The position numbers and the translations under genes were made by a program. DNA of 64,000 bases from a virus: IMG/VR virus record IMGVR_UViG_3300029904_000005, positions 1 through 64,000 of that record. One strand, given 5' to 3'. Below are positions 56,226 through 64,000 of the stretch, piece by piece. Position 1 is the stretch's first letter. Each line of letters opens with the position of its first letter. The notes beneath the pieces are model-generated. The model was not told the DNA's origin and did not search any database. It saw nothing but the letters and a program-made list of their open reading frames with translations.

Positions 56226-59002
56226 TATCTTCTCCTCCTATTTCTAGTACTTTTAGTAAGCATTCCTCCATGTTTCTTATATCCAGTTCTACCATCTGGA
56301 AGACTCATATATCTCCAAGCATCATTGCTATTTACTTGATTGAATATAAAGTTCTCTCTTCCTATATCTCCAAGAGTATCAAATAATCCTGTAAAGTTAG
56401 CACTTCTGTTCTGTTCAAGTGCAGCATCAGCAGCCTCTCTCATTCCAGCTATAGTTCCTATGGTGCTGAGTCTTCTTGCATCATAAGTATTCTGGAGTCC
56501 TGAATTATAAGTATCTGCCTGCATTGCACCTTGTGAATTGAACATGTTGGTTCCTCTGTTAAACTCCTCAACTTGTCTCATTAGATTGTCATTGTATTGC
56601 TCTGCTTTCAGATAGGCATCTCCTAGTGCATCCTGAGCACTTCTGTTAAGACCTATGAGTGAGTTCCTGACAGCACCTGCATTTCCACCTCCTGTATTTT
56701 CCAATGCTCTTCTTGAAGCAGCTGTCTCAGCTCCCAATCTATTCATAAGATATGAGGTATTAAGAGGATTGTATCTCATGTAGTTTGATATAGGCTTAAA
56801 TCTTACTCCTCTAGGTCTCTGTCTGTTAAGTTCATTAAGTATGGTATTTGAGTGCTCATAGTCAGGCTTTGAGAAAGCACTCACAAGAGAACCTATTGCA
56901 GAGCCTATAGCAGGCATATACCTCATCCATGTAGACCTGTTCTTAGGCTTAACTGGGCTAGGAGTCTGAACTCTTTCCTCTAAAGGAGTGCCAGTCTCTG
57001 CTCTTACTGTAATCTTAGGTAGTACACTAGTTATACGAGGGATTTCTTGCTTTATAGGAAGCTCATCTGCGGGAATTGTTTCAGGTATCAATTCAACAGG
57101 ACTAGTCACATCTACTTTTCTTGGAGTAAATGGAAAATCAATGGGATTTGAAAGCGGGTTTCCTAATACCTTATTTAAATACTGAATCTGCTGAAGCCTA
57201 GAAGGAGGAGGCACTCTATTGCTCAAATCAAAAGGCAGTATCTCATCTTTAGTAGGAAAGATATCAAAAACCCCACTATATTTCCTACCTCCGCAGGACA
57301 TTAGTCTATTGGTTCCCATTATATCATTACTTCTTCTCATTGTTTCTTGTACTGCCATTAATTTACCCATACTATCTTCAAGTCCTCTCTTGCTTATAGG
57401 GTCATTAGGTCTCTCCTCTGACTCTTTCTGCAAGTCTTTTGCTATCTGAGCAAAGGTCTTATTCTTATAACCTTTAAGTCCAGATGCCTTCAAAGTTTCC
57501 TTCTTAGGCTTCAGCCTATTTGAGAAAACATAGTCATTGAATATAACCTCACCTTCCTCAACAAGATTAGGAAGTCCATCAGGAGCTATACCCATAGGTA
57601 CACCTTCCATAGGATTCTGTTCATGCTGGCCCCCATTATTTATCTGTGTTATACCATTTGAGAACTCCCCACCATGAGTAAGAAATCCTCCATGTGCTTT
57701 TGCATGTTTTTCCATATTAACAGCCTCCCTTGCTCTGTTAAATCTTGCTTTTTCCTCAGCAGGTCTTATGTATCCCTTTGTATAATACAATGCTGCACTA
57801 TCAGTATAAGGAGTGGACCAAAACTTATCATAACCATCTTTTAATTTTCCTATATAAGGCTTTCCACCACCACCATCACTCCAATAAGGCTGTTCTGAAA
57901 TTTCTGACTCATTCAATAGCTTTGTTATCTGCTCTTCAAAAGATAAGTCTTCAGGGTACCTCTCTTTGCTCCATTGAGCTATACCTCTAAATTTTCCTGT
58001 GGCATCTATTGCATTAGGGTCTCCTCCTGATTCATGAAGTATATTAGATAGTACTGTATATCTTTGTGGCTCTGGATATCCTCTATTTATCATAGAGTCC
58101 TGAAGAGCACTCATATTTTTAGGAATAAAACTCCTATCATATAAGGGATTGTATGTGGTAAAGTCTACTCTTCTTGGATTTTTACTATTTTTTGATTTTA
58201 GTCCCTCTACTTGTTTTCTGAGTATATCTTTAGCCTGTTCCTTGTATCCTCCCTCATCCTTTCTGTGTCCTCCAAAATTCCTCGCAAAGTTTGCCTTCTT
58301 GACCATAGCAGGAGAATAGTTGCCTTTATTTGCAAGAACCTTACTTGCAAATTCCTGTACTCCCATACCTCTCTTCTTGGCAGCAGCTGTAAAAGTACCT
58401 CTCTTTGAAGGTTTAATGTATATCTTCCCACCTTTTGAGAACAAAGTAGACATATTGGCAAGATTCTGCTGATTCATTATACTCTGAGCATTTGAGGAGA
58501 AAGCAAGTTGCTGTCTAAGATTTGCTTCATTAGCCATTTTATTCAATTCAGCTGCCTTATTTCTAGCTTTCTGATTACCTACTGCTGCTCCTATACCTGA
58601 ACCTAAAAGACCCGCAGCTCCTCCAATAATAGTCCCTATAATTCCTCCCTGTGCTCCTGCTGCTGCACCTGATAATCCTGCTCCAAGTATATTACCAGCC
58701 ATCTCACCTTCTGACATTCTCCTCACATCTCTCCAACTTGTCTGATTACCAAAATTTGAAGTAGCCCCCCACTGCTCCATAAGAGAGTCAAGACTTGAAG
58801 CCTCTACATTCTTACCTGCATTATCCATAGTACTTTCTATGGCAGATGTATCAGCTATCTGAGCATTTTGCATTGCAGAATCAAGTGTGCTTGATACCCC
58901 ACCTAATACACTGCTTACAATACCCATTGCATTTCCACCTCCTGCAAACTTTCTCCTTAGAGGAAGATATACTGTTAGCATCCTATTATTTTTTCTTTTC
59001 AT
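56225..59002 (-). CDS. large tail-associated protein (925 aa) with a lytic transglycosylase (SLT)-like segment
   Basis: Gly-rich N-terminus AGLSGAAAGAQGGIIGTIIGGAAGLLGSGIGAAVG. LHESGGDPNAIDATGKFRGIAQW resembles the SLT motif E-S...PNA...G.GLMQ. Confidence 0.6.
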   Translation of the reverse strand: MKRKNNRMLTVYLPLRRKFAGGGNAMGIVSSVLGGVSSTLDSAMQNAQIADTSAIESTMDNAGKNVEASSLDSLMEQWGATSNFGNQTSWRDVRRMSEGEMAGNILGAGLSGAAAGAQGGIIGTIIGGAAGLLGSGIGAAVGNQKARNKAAELNKMANEANLRQQLAFSSNAQSIMNQQNLANMSTLFSKGGKIYIKPSKRGTFTAAAKKRGMGVQEFASKVLANKGNYSPAMVKKANFARNFGGHRKDEGGYKEQAKDILRKQVEGLKSKNSKNPRRVDFTTYNPLYDRSFIPKNMSALQDSMINRGYPEPQRYTVLSNILHESGGDPNAIDATGKFRGIAQWSKERYPEDLSFEEQITKLLNESEISEQPYWSDGGGGKPYIGKLKDGYDKFWSTPYTDSAALYYTKGYIRPAEEKARFNRAREAVNMEKHAKAHGGFLTHGGEFSNGITQINNGGQHEQNPMEGVPMGIAPDGLPNLVEEGEVIFNDYVFSNRLKPKKETLKASGLKGYKNKTFAQIAKDLQKESEERPNDPISKRGLEDSMGKLMAVQETMRRSNDIMGTNRLMSCGGRKYSGVFDIFPTKDEILPFDLSNRVPPPSRLQQIQYLNKVLGNPLSNPIDFPFTPRKVDVTSPVELIPETIPADELPIKQEIPRITSVLPKITVRAETGTPLEERVQTPSPVKPKNRSTWMRYMPAIGSAIGSLVSAFSKPDYEHSNTILNELNRQRPRGVRFKPISNYMRYNPLNTSYLMNRLGAETAASRRALENTGGGNAGAVRNSLIGLNRSAQDALGDAYLKAEQYNDNLMRQVEEFNRGTNMFNSQGAMQADTYNSGLQNTYDARRLSTIGTIAGMREAADAALEQNRSANFTGLFDTLGDIGRENFIFNQVNSNDAWRYMSLPDGRTGYKKHGGMLTKSTRNRRRR

Positions 59003-59015
59003 AGCTATAAAAAAT

Positions 59016-59057
59016 TATATTGCAAATATAAGTAGTATTACTCATATTTGCAATATA
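59016..59057 (-). promoter_or_regulatory. 15-bp inverted repeat (tatattgcaaatata / atatttgcaatata) carrying a minus-strand -7 box TAtaTTTG: intergenic terminator/promoter element
   Basis: Near-perfect inverted repeat with a 12-nt loop. On the minus strand the hairpin is followed by a T-run. tatatttg lies 21 nt upstream of the ATG at 59002. Confidence 0.45.
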
Positions 59058-59075
59058 ATAAGTTAATTTATTGTT

Positions 59076-62000
59076 CTACTCATAATAATATACAGTAAGG
59101 TCATGGAATATATTTCTTCTTCCTTCATCCCCACTTAATACTTTTTTTGTAAGTGTAAGATTTACCCACGGATTTCTTATTCTATTTAATCCATAGGGAT
59201 TACTATCTTTATTCTTAGCATCTCTTGGTATATTTACTCTCCATATCCTAAACTTCTTTTTTGCTGAGGATGGCTGTAGAGTATTACTTACAATCCTTAT
59301 CTGCCCATGCTGATATTCAGTTTCAGCAGTAAGAGTATCAAATGTATCAAATGGAACTTCAGTATCTCCTTCAAACATATCTGACCTATATTCTATATTG
59401 GTAAATATCTTATCACCATAAGGGTCAGGAGTTATTCTATATTGCATTGAGTAATCCTCATAGTTGCCATAGAAATTGTTATACTCACCTTCCTGCATAT
59501 ACCACAGACTGCCATTTCTCTCAGTTATTAGATGTCCATTAAAGTTGTCTATCATTGAAGTGCTCCTATAGGGCATGAAAGACATAAACTGCTGAAGAAG
59601 CTCAGAATATACAAGACAATAATCTTTTGAACTCCAATAAATATCATTTAATGATTTATCATAGAATCCCCTTACATTAGTATATTTATATGGAGTCCAT
59701 ACATCAAGAGTGGAGTTGTTATTAATCCAAGTCTTAAATCCTTTAGTGTCAGATAGTGATATAAGTTGTGGGTTCATTACATTAATTGACCCACTGATAT
59801 CATCTATAAAGTACAAAGAATTATCTCTTTCAACTATTGACCATTTGTTGATACATCCTGCATTGTTATAAAGATATCTCTTACCATCAACCTTGCCTGA
59901 GTTTGCCAGCTCTATAGGAAGTCCCTGAGTAGCTTGCAATTGGGCATAGGAATTAAACATTATCTCAGCTATTCCCTTATCCTGAAAAGATATAATACTA
60001 TTACCAAGTCTATTAAGTGACCTTAGCTCTCCTTTATCACCATCAAGATAAAGTACACTTGATGAATATAAATGAGTCCAGTTGTCTATCTCAGCTCCTG
60101 GATTCTTAGGAAGAGACCAGATAATTGAGGTCTTGAATTTTTCAGTATTAAACAATCTGCTATTAAGGATAGTTCCTGTTATGAAATTATCAGATTGATT
60201 ATATACTGAATTAAAAAGATTAAAATTCAAGGGAGACATAAATGTATTATTCTGACTTCCTCTATTTCTATCATATCTTCCATTAGTATTCACATAGGAC
60301 TCCAATACAGTAGATACTATATCAATAACAGAATTTTCTGACTCACTGTCATAAGCATAAGTTCTTAAAATATCATATCTCTGTAACCATGTATCTCCAT
60401 ATGTATTAGTAACTTTCTCTCCTATATTAAAAGCTTTTGAGCAAGGTATCCAATTTTGGTTTGTATCTACAGTAGCCTCAGTGTCCCTATACAGCTCTCC
60501 TATAAACATATAAGAGTCACTGGTTTCAGACAATAGATAAGTGTAAAATGTAGTAGGGGCAATAACAGATGAGCTGACCCAATTAAATTTACTCATTTTA
60601 GCCGCAGGATAATTATCCATTGACTCTATATTGTTTATATATAGATAAAAATCCTCCGTACTATAAAATTTATATGTAGTACTCTCATATGAGAATACCA
60701 TATCAGGATTTACTCCCTGAAGTTCATCTATAGTTACTGCTTTCCACACATCAACTATACCACTTCTTGTCTCTAAATCCTCTGCCACTAATCTTAACAC
60801 AGTTTGGTTAAACTGCTTTAGTACCTCATTAGGCTGAAGAGGAGATGCAGAACCTATATCACCATATAAGAAAGGCTCTGTTGATTTCCATCCCATAGCA
60901 CCACCAGAATAAGAATCATCTCCTATAGAAGTAAGCACAATATAATCTCCTATAGCAGGATTAAAATTAGATGGGTACTCTTTCTTCTTTATTCCTACAA
61001 TACTAAAATCAGGGTCAGAGAGCTTATATTCTTGCATATACGCTATTTGTACCCAACCAGTAAGTAGTATATCTAAAACTCCCATAAATTTTAAATTTAT
61101 AGAAGTCTTAGTAAAATCCTCTTTTTCAGTGTTCCAGAACTCTCTATTTCCATAAGGACCTTGAAATAAAGGAATTGTATTTAATCCCGGAAGAATAACA
61201 GTACTTCCTATAGCAGTATCTTTAAATCTTAATATTGCATGGGGAGTTGATTTGTATTTCATTGATACCCCTGTAGTACCAAAATCCAAAGAATTATTCC
61301 AAATACTATCATTCCATGTAGCCCCTTGTACATCATTACTTTTAACATGACATTGTACAGGACTTATGGTATTAATATTAGGACTTCCTCCATAAATATT
61401 TGCTGCTAATATAGGATATGCAGGCAAAGTTACTATATCATTAAATTCTATGGTTCTAGGATATAGGACTTCATTAATATTACCTTTATAGTAAAGATTA
61501 GTATTATCATCGCTATTCTGAAGTAGTACTGCTATATCTTCAGTTTCCTTAAATAATACTGGACCATCTATACCTTGAGGAGGAGTCCACATATTCTTTC
61601 TATATATGGTAGGCCCACCATAATGAAGGTTGGATGTTATGTTACTTTGAAGTATATCAGTAGAAGCAGTACTGTCTATATTTACAGTTCCTGTTTTATG
61701 CCACGGAAAAATAATATATCCTAATTTTTTAGTATCCACTAATTCATTATCATTACCATCATGCTTATATGGAAATGAATAATAAAATGGGCCACTTATA
61801 AGAGAATTACCACCATGGTCTCCATCTCTTGAAGAGAATCCTGATTGTACCTGATACATATTCATACCACTGGATACTCCTGCGGGATTAGTAATGTTAA
61901 GAAATTTAGCTCCTACATTGCTGACAATCTCAGTATATCCTACAATACGAAATTTAACATTTTCTCCTAGTGATATATTCTCATCAATATCAGGAGAATA

Positions 62001-63797
62001 AAATCCTATAATATTAGTATCTACAAAGAAGGAGTTTTTATGTTCAGTAACAAATTCCTGTCTTTCAGTAGTAGTACCATTTTTTATATAAGGACCTATT
62101 GTATATTCTGACCCATAGTTACACTGTATTTCCGCCTTAAGTACATTATTAAACTCCGAGTATCTCTTATTCCCCAAAAGAAACGGCTCTCCATACTCAG
62201 GTATAACTGCATTATGTCTAAATTCAGCAAATTGGCCTACTTCAAAAATATCACTAATATTCTCATCCCATAATTCTTTTGAAGAGAAAGGCCTGGCAAA
62301 CCAAGAAGCTTGACAGTAAGCTGTATTATCATCTCTAGACCCTACTTTAAATACTGTAGGACATACCAAACCTTGAGCTATAATCTCCCTAGAGGAATTT
62401 TGAAGTCTGACAGCTCTCATTTTTCTATACCCAGCATTTAAAAGTGCTGTAGCTAATGAATCAGTCACATATAGTGATGGTGTATATACAGTATATTCAT
62501 CTCCATAATTATTTATTGTAGGATAATTGGAAGTCTGCCATGTTCCTACTTCAACTACATTAGACCACTGTCCATATTTATTTTGAAACTGTATGCCTAT
62601 ATTATATGTATTACCAGCCTTAAATATTCTATTTAAGGAATCAGTAGCATAATCCTGATAAATATATTTATAATTAGGACTACTACTATAATCAGCAGTA
62701 ATCTTTCTACTATCAGACAGTAATTTTACATTTGTCTTAATACTCTCAATCAAACTATCATCTAATGTATAGGATTCTATTACATTATTTCCAAGAAATA
62801 ATGTATTATCTTTTGATGTCATAGTTGATGGGTATATTAAGTCTCCTCCCTTATATAGAATTTCTGAGGCATCAATAGACTCATATACCATACCTGTATC
62901 AAGTATAGTCATTATAGGCATTAATGAAAACTCAGTTTTAAGGTCTCTTCTTATAACTCTTCCTTGAGGAGTACCATCTAATGTAGTTCTTATAATTGAA
63001 TAGAGATTAATTCTATCAAAGAACTCATCAAAATTAGCAACTGTGATAATAAAAGATGTTGATTGATATTCTTCAGGAGATAATCCCCTATCATCAGTAG
63101 TAAGGTTTATAACATCTGATTGCCATATTACAGGAGTCTCTCTTCCAAAGTAATTTGAGTAAGTAATAAAATATTGAATTGTACCTGAAGGAAATTGTCC
63201 TTCTATATTAGCTCTTCTTACTGCAATAGTCTCATTTAACTTTAATTCCTGTAATAGAGAGAAAGGGTCTTCTTTAAGTCCCCATTTTATTTTTTCTGCA
63301 CTATCAGCAACAATATTAACATATCTTACTTGATGAACTCCATCTATCCAATATACCTTCTGTACAGTTTCAGTCTCATAGTTGAATAAAGTCTCCACAG
63401 GCCTATCCATACTAAGACCTAAATCCCCTTCATATAATACTTCCCCAACTAATCTATAGCCACTCTTTTCTGCTTTATTATAAACAAGTGTCAGGTAATC
63501 TGCACTATATTCCTTCCCATCATCAGGAAACTCAGGAGCATCTCCTTCTAATTTTCTAAATGTGCTGAATAGAAGAATCTTGTCATTACATAGACAATAT
63601 CCTATTACAGTGCCATTAATAGTAATATTAGGCACTTTATAAGTTCCCTTTTCATTAGAAACTGAAAGCAGAGTACTTTCTTTATCAGGAGTAATTCTTA
63701 TATTTTGATTGTCAAAGGCAAACTCATTGTTTATCTTGCTTATGGCAAGGTCCTTAGACATTCCTTTATTGATAAACCTTGCTACTTTTCTTTCCAT
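59076..63797 (-). CDS. very large virion protein (1573 aa); putative tail fibre or receptor-binding structural protein
   Basis: Single uninterrupted minus-strand ORF. Asn/Tyr/Ser/Thr-rich, as in beta-rich tail proteins. Confidence 0.8.
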   Translation of the reverse strand: MERKVARFINKGMSKDLAISKINNEFAFDNQNIRITPDKESTLLSVSNEKGTYKVPNITINGTVIGYCLCNDKILLFSTFRKLEGDAPEFPDDGKEYSADYLTLVYNKAEKSGYRLVGEVLYEGDLGLSMDRPVETLFNYETETVQKVYWIDGVHQVRYVNIVADSAEKIKWGLKEDPFSLLQELKLNETIAVRRANIEGQFPSGTIQYFITYSNYFGRETPVIWQSDVINLTTDDRGLSPEEYQSTSFIITVANFDEFFDRINLYSIIRTTLDGTPQGRVIRRDLKTEFSLMPIMTILDTGMVYESIDASEILYKGGDLIYPSTMTSKDNTLFLGNNVIESYTLDDSLIESIKTNVKLLSDSRKITADYSSSPNYKYIYQDYATDSLNRIFKAGNTYNIGIQFQNKYGQWSNVVEVGTWQTSNYPTINNYGDEYTVYTPSLYVTDSLATALLNAGYRKMRAVRLQNSSREIIAQGLVCPTVFKVGSRDDNTAYCQASWFARPFSSKELWDENISDIFEVGQFAEFRHNAVIPEYGEPFLLGNKRYSEFNNVLKAEIQCNYGSEYTIGPYIKNGTTTERQEFVTEHKNSFFVDTNIIGFYSPDIDENISLGENVKFRIVGYTEIVSNVGAKFLNITNPAGVSSGMNMYQVQSGFSSRDGDHGGNSLISGPFYYSFPYKHDGNDNELVDTKKLGYIIFPWHKTGTVNIDSTASTDILQSNITSNLHYGGPTIYRKNMWTPPQGIDGPVLFKETEDIAVLLQNSDDNTNLYYKGNINEVLYPRTIEFNDIVTLPAYPILAANIYGGSPNINTISPVQCHVKSNDVQGATWNDSIWNNSLDFGTTGVSMKYKSTPHAILRFKDTAIGSTVILPGLNTIPLFQGPYGNREFWNTEKEDFTKTSINLKFMGVLDILLTGWVQIAYMQEYKLSDPDFSIVGIKKKEYPSNFNPAIGDYIVLTSIGDDSYSGGAMGWKSTEPFLYGDIGSASPLQPNEVLKQFNQTVLRLVAEDLETRSGIVDVWKAVTIDELQGVNPDMVFSYESTTYKFYSTEDFYLYINNIESMDNYPAAKMSKFNWVSSSVIAPTTFYTYLLSETSDSYMFIGELYRDTEATVDTNQNWIPCSKAFNIGEKVTNTYGDTWLQRYDILRTYAYDSESENSVIDIVSTVLESYVNTNGRYDRNRGSQNNTFMSPLNFNLFNSVYNQSDNFITGTILNSRLFNTEKFKTSIIWSLPKNPGAEIDNWTHLYSSSVLYLDGDKGELRSLNRLGNSIISFQDKGIAEIMFNSYAQLQATQGLPIELANSGKVDGKRYLYNNAGCINKWSIVERDNSLYFIDDISGSINVMNPQLISLSDTKGFKTWINNNSTLDVWTPYKYTNVRGFYDKSLNDIYWSSKDYCLVYSELLQQFMSFMPYRSTSMIDNFNGHLITERNGSLWYMQEGEYNNFYGNYEDYSMQYRITPDPYGDKIFTNIEYRSDMFEGDTEVPFDTFDTLTAETEYQHGQIRIVSNTLQPSSAKKKFRIWRVNIPRDAKNKDSNPYGLNRIRNPWVNLTLTKKVLSGDEGRRNIFHDLTVYYYE

Positions 63798-63798
63798 A

Positions 63799-64000
63799 TT
63801 ACGGCTGTACTTTTAAATATTCCTTTCTACCATTGTCCCTAAATCCCCTACTGTGCTCATTGTCTCTTATAATCAGAGTTCTCCATGAGTTGAAGAATGA
63901 CTCAGCCTTGTCAAGTGACAGTCTGTTAAATTCAGATTGGCAATCACCTGCTGCCCATGCATAGTCCTGTAAGGCTTGATTAAATACTACTGTTGATATC
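63799..64000 (-). CDS. partial CDS (C-terminal 67 codons) of an upstream minus-strand gene continuing beyond the window
   Basis: Minus-strand frame open from the window edge to TAA (plus tta at 63799-63801), 1 nt before the ATG of the 1573-aa gene. Confidence 0.4.
   Translation of the reverse strand, partial: ISTVVFNQALQDYAWAAGDCQSEFNRLSLDKAESFFNSWRTLIIRDNEHSRGFRDNGRKEYLKVQP

Noticed and set aside
48821-57990. Numerous 60-130-aa + strand ORFs inside the giant minus-strand genes
   Set aside because: All are embedded antisense to uninterrupted ORFs of 677-1857 aa. They are low-complexity shadow frames.
1-64000. CRISPR array, integrase, attachment site or other prophage-boundary signals
   Set aside because: No spaced direct-repeat array, tyrosine or serine recombinase motifs, or host-like flanking genes were seen. 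The window appears to be internal to a virulent phage genome.

Overview
This AT-rich window looks like a large contiguous piece of a virulent tailed-phage genome with crAss-like (Crassvirales-like) architecture. From 1 to about 48.5 kb almost all genes are on the + strand: small accessory ORFs, tRNAs, and a replication and nucleotide-metabolism module. That module holds an SF2 helicase, a DnaB-like helicase, a P-loop ATPase, a DnaG-type primase, a ThiF/E1-like enzyme, UDG, a ribonucleotide reductase, dUTPase, a family A DNA polymerase and ThyX. Two giant ORFs follow (2723 aa and 1336 aa). The 2723-aa ORF has a DFDID metal-binding-like motif at about aa 1937, which recalls the DxDxD motif of crAss-like virion RNA polymerases. 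A convergent bidirectional terminator at about 48.57 kb marks a strand switch. After it a block of very large minus-strand genes (1857, 677, 925 and 1573 aa) probably encodes tail or ejected virion proteins. Several genes are preceded by Bacteroidetes-type -33/-7 promoter motifs (TTTG ... TAnnTTTG), which fits a Bacteroidales host. The most unusual locus is at 4.1-6.2 kb. A gene with the architecture of Ro60/Rsr (TROVE-like helical region plus a C-terminal vWA domain with a MIDAS motif) lies there, and the only tRNA cluster in the window follows it directly on the same strand. That cluster has one canonical tRNA-Lys(UUU) and two tRNA-like genes. Each tRNA-like gene has perfect acceptor, D and T arms but a 54-58-nt insertion between the D arm and the anticodon arm. 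A ~28-nt motif (..GTAGTGTA..ATAGAGTTACTTC) is repeated five times around and inside these RNAs. I read this as a candidate phage Ro-RNP system with Y-RNA-like tRNA mimics, or as non-canonically interrupted tRNAs. Other notable items: a free-standing LAGLIDADG homing endonuclease on the opposite strand with its own promoter; a phosphoribosyltransferase ORF broken at an A10 homopolymer; a HicA-like toxin; a membrane-anchored retropepsin-like protease; and an SPFH lipoprotein inside a cassette of small membrane proteins.
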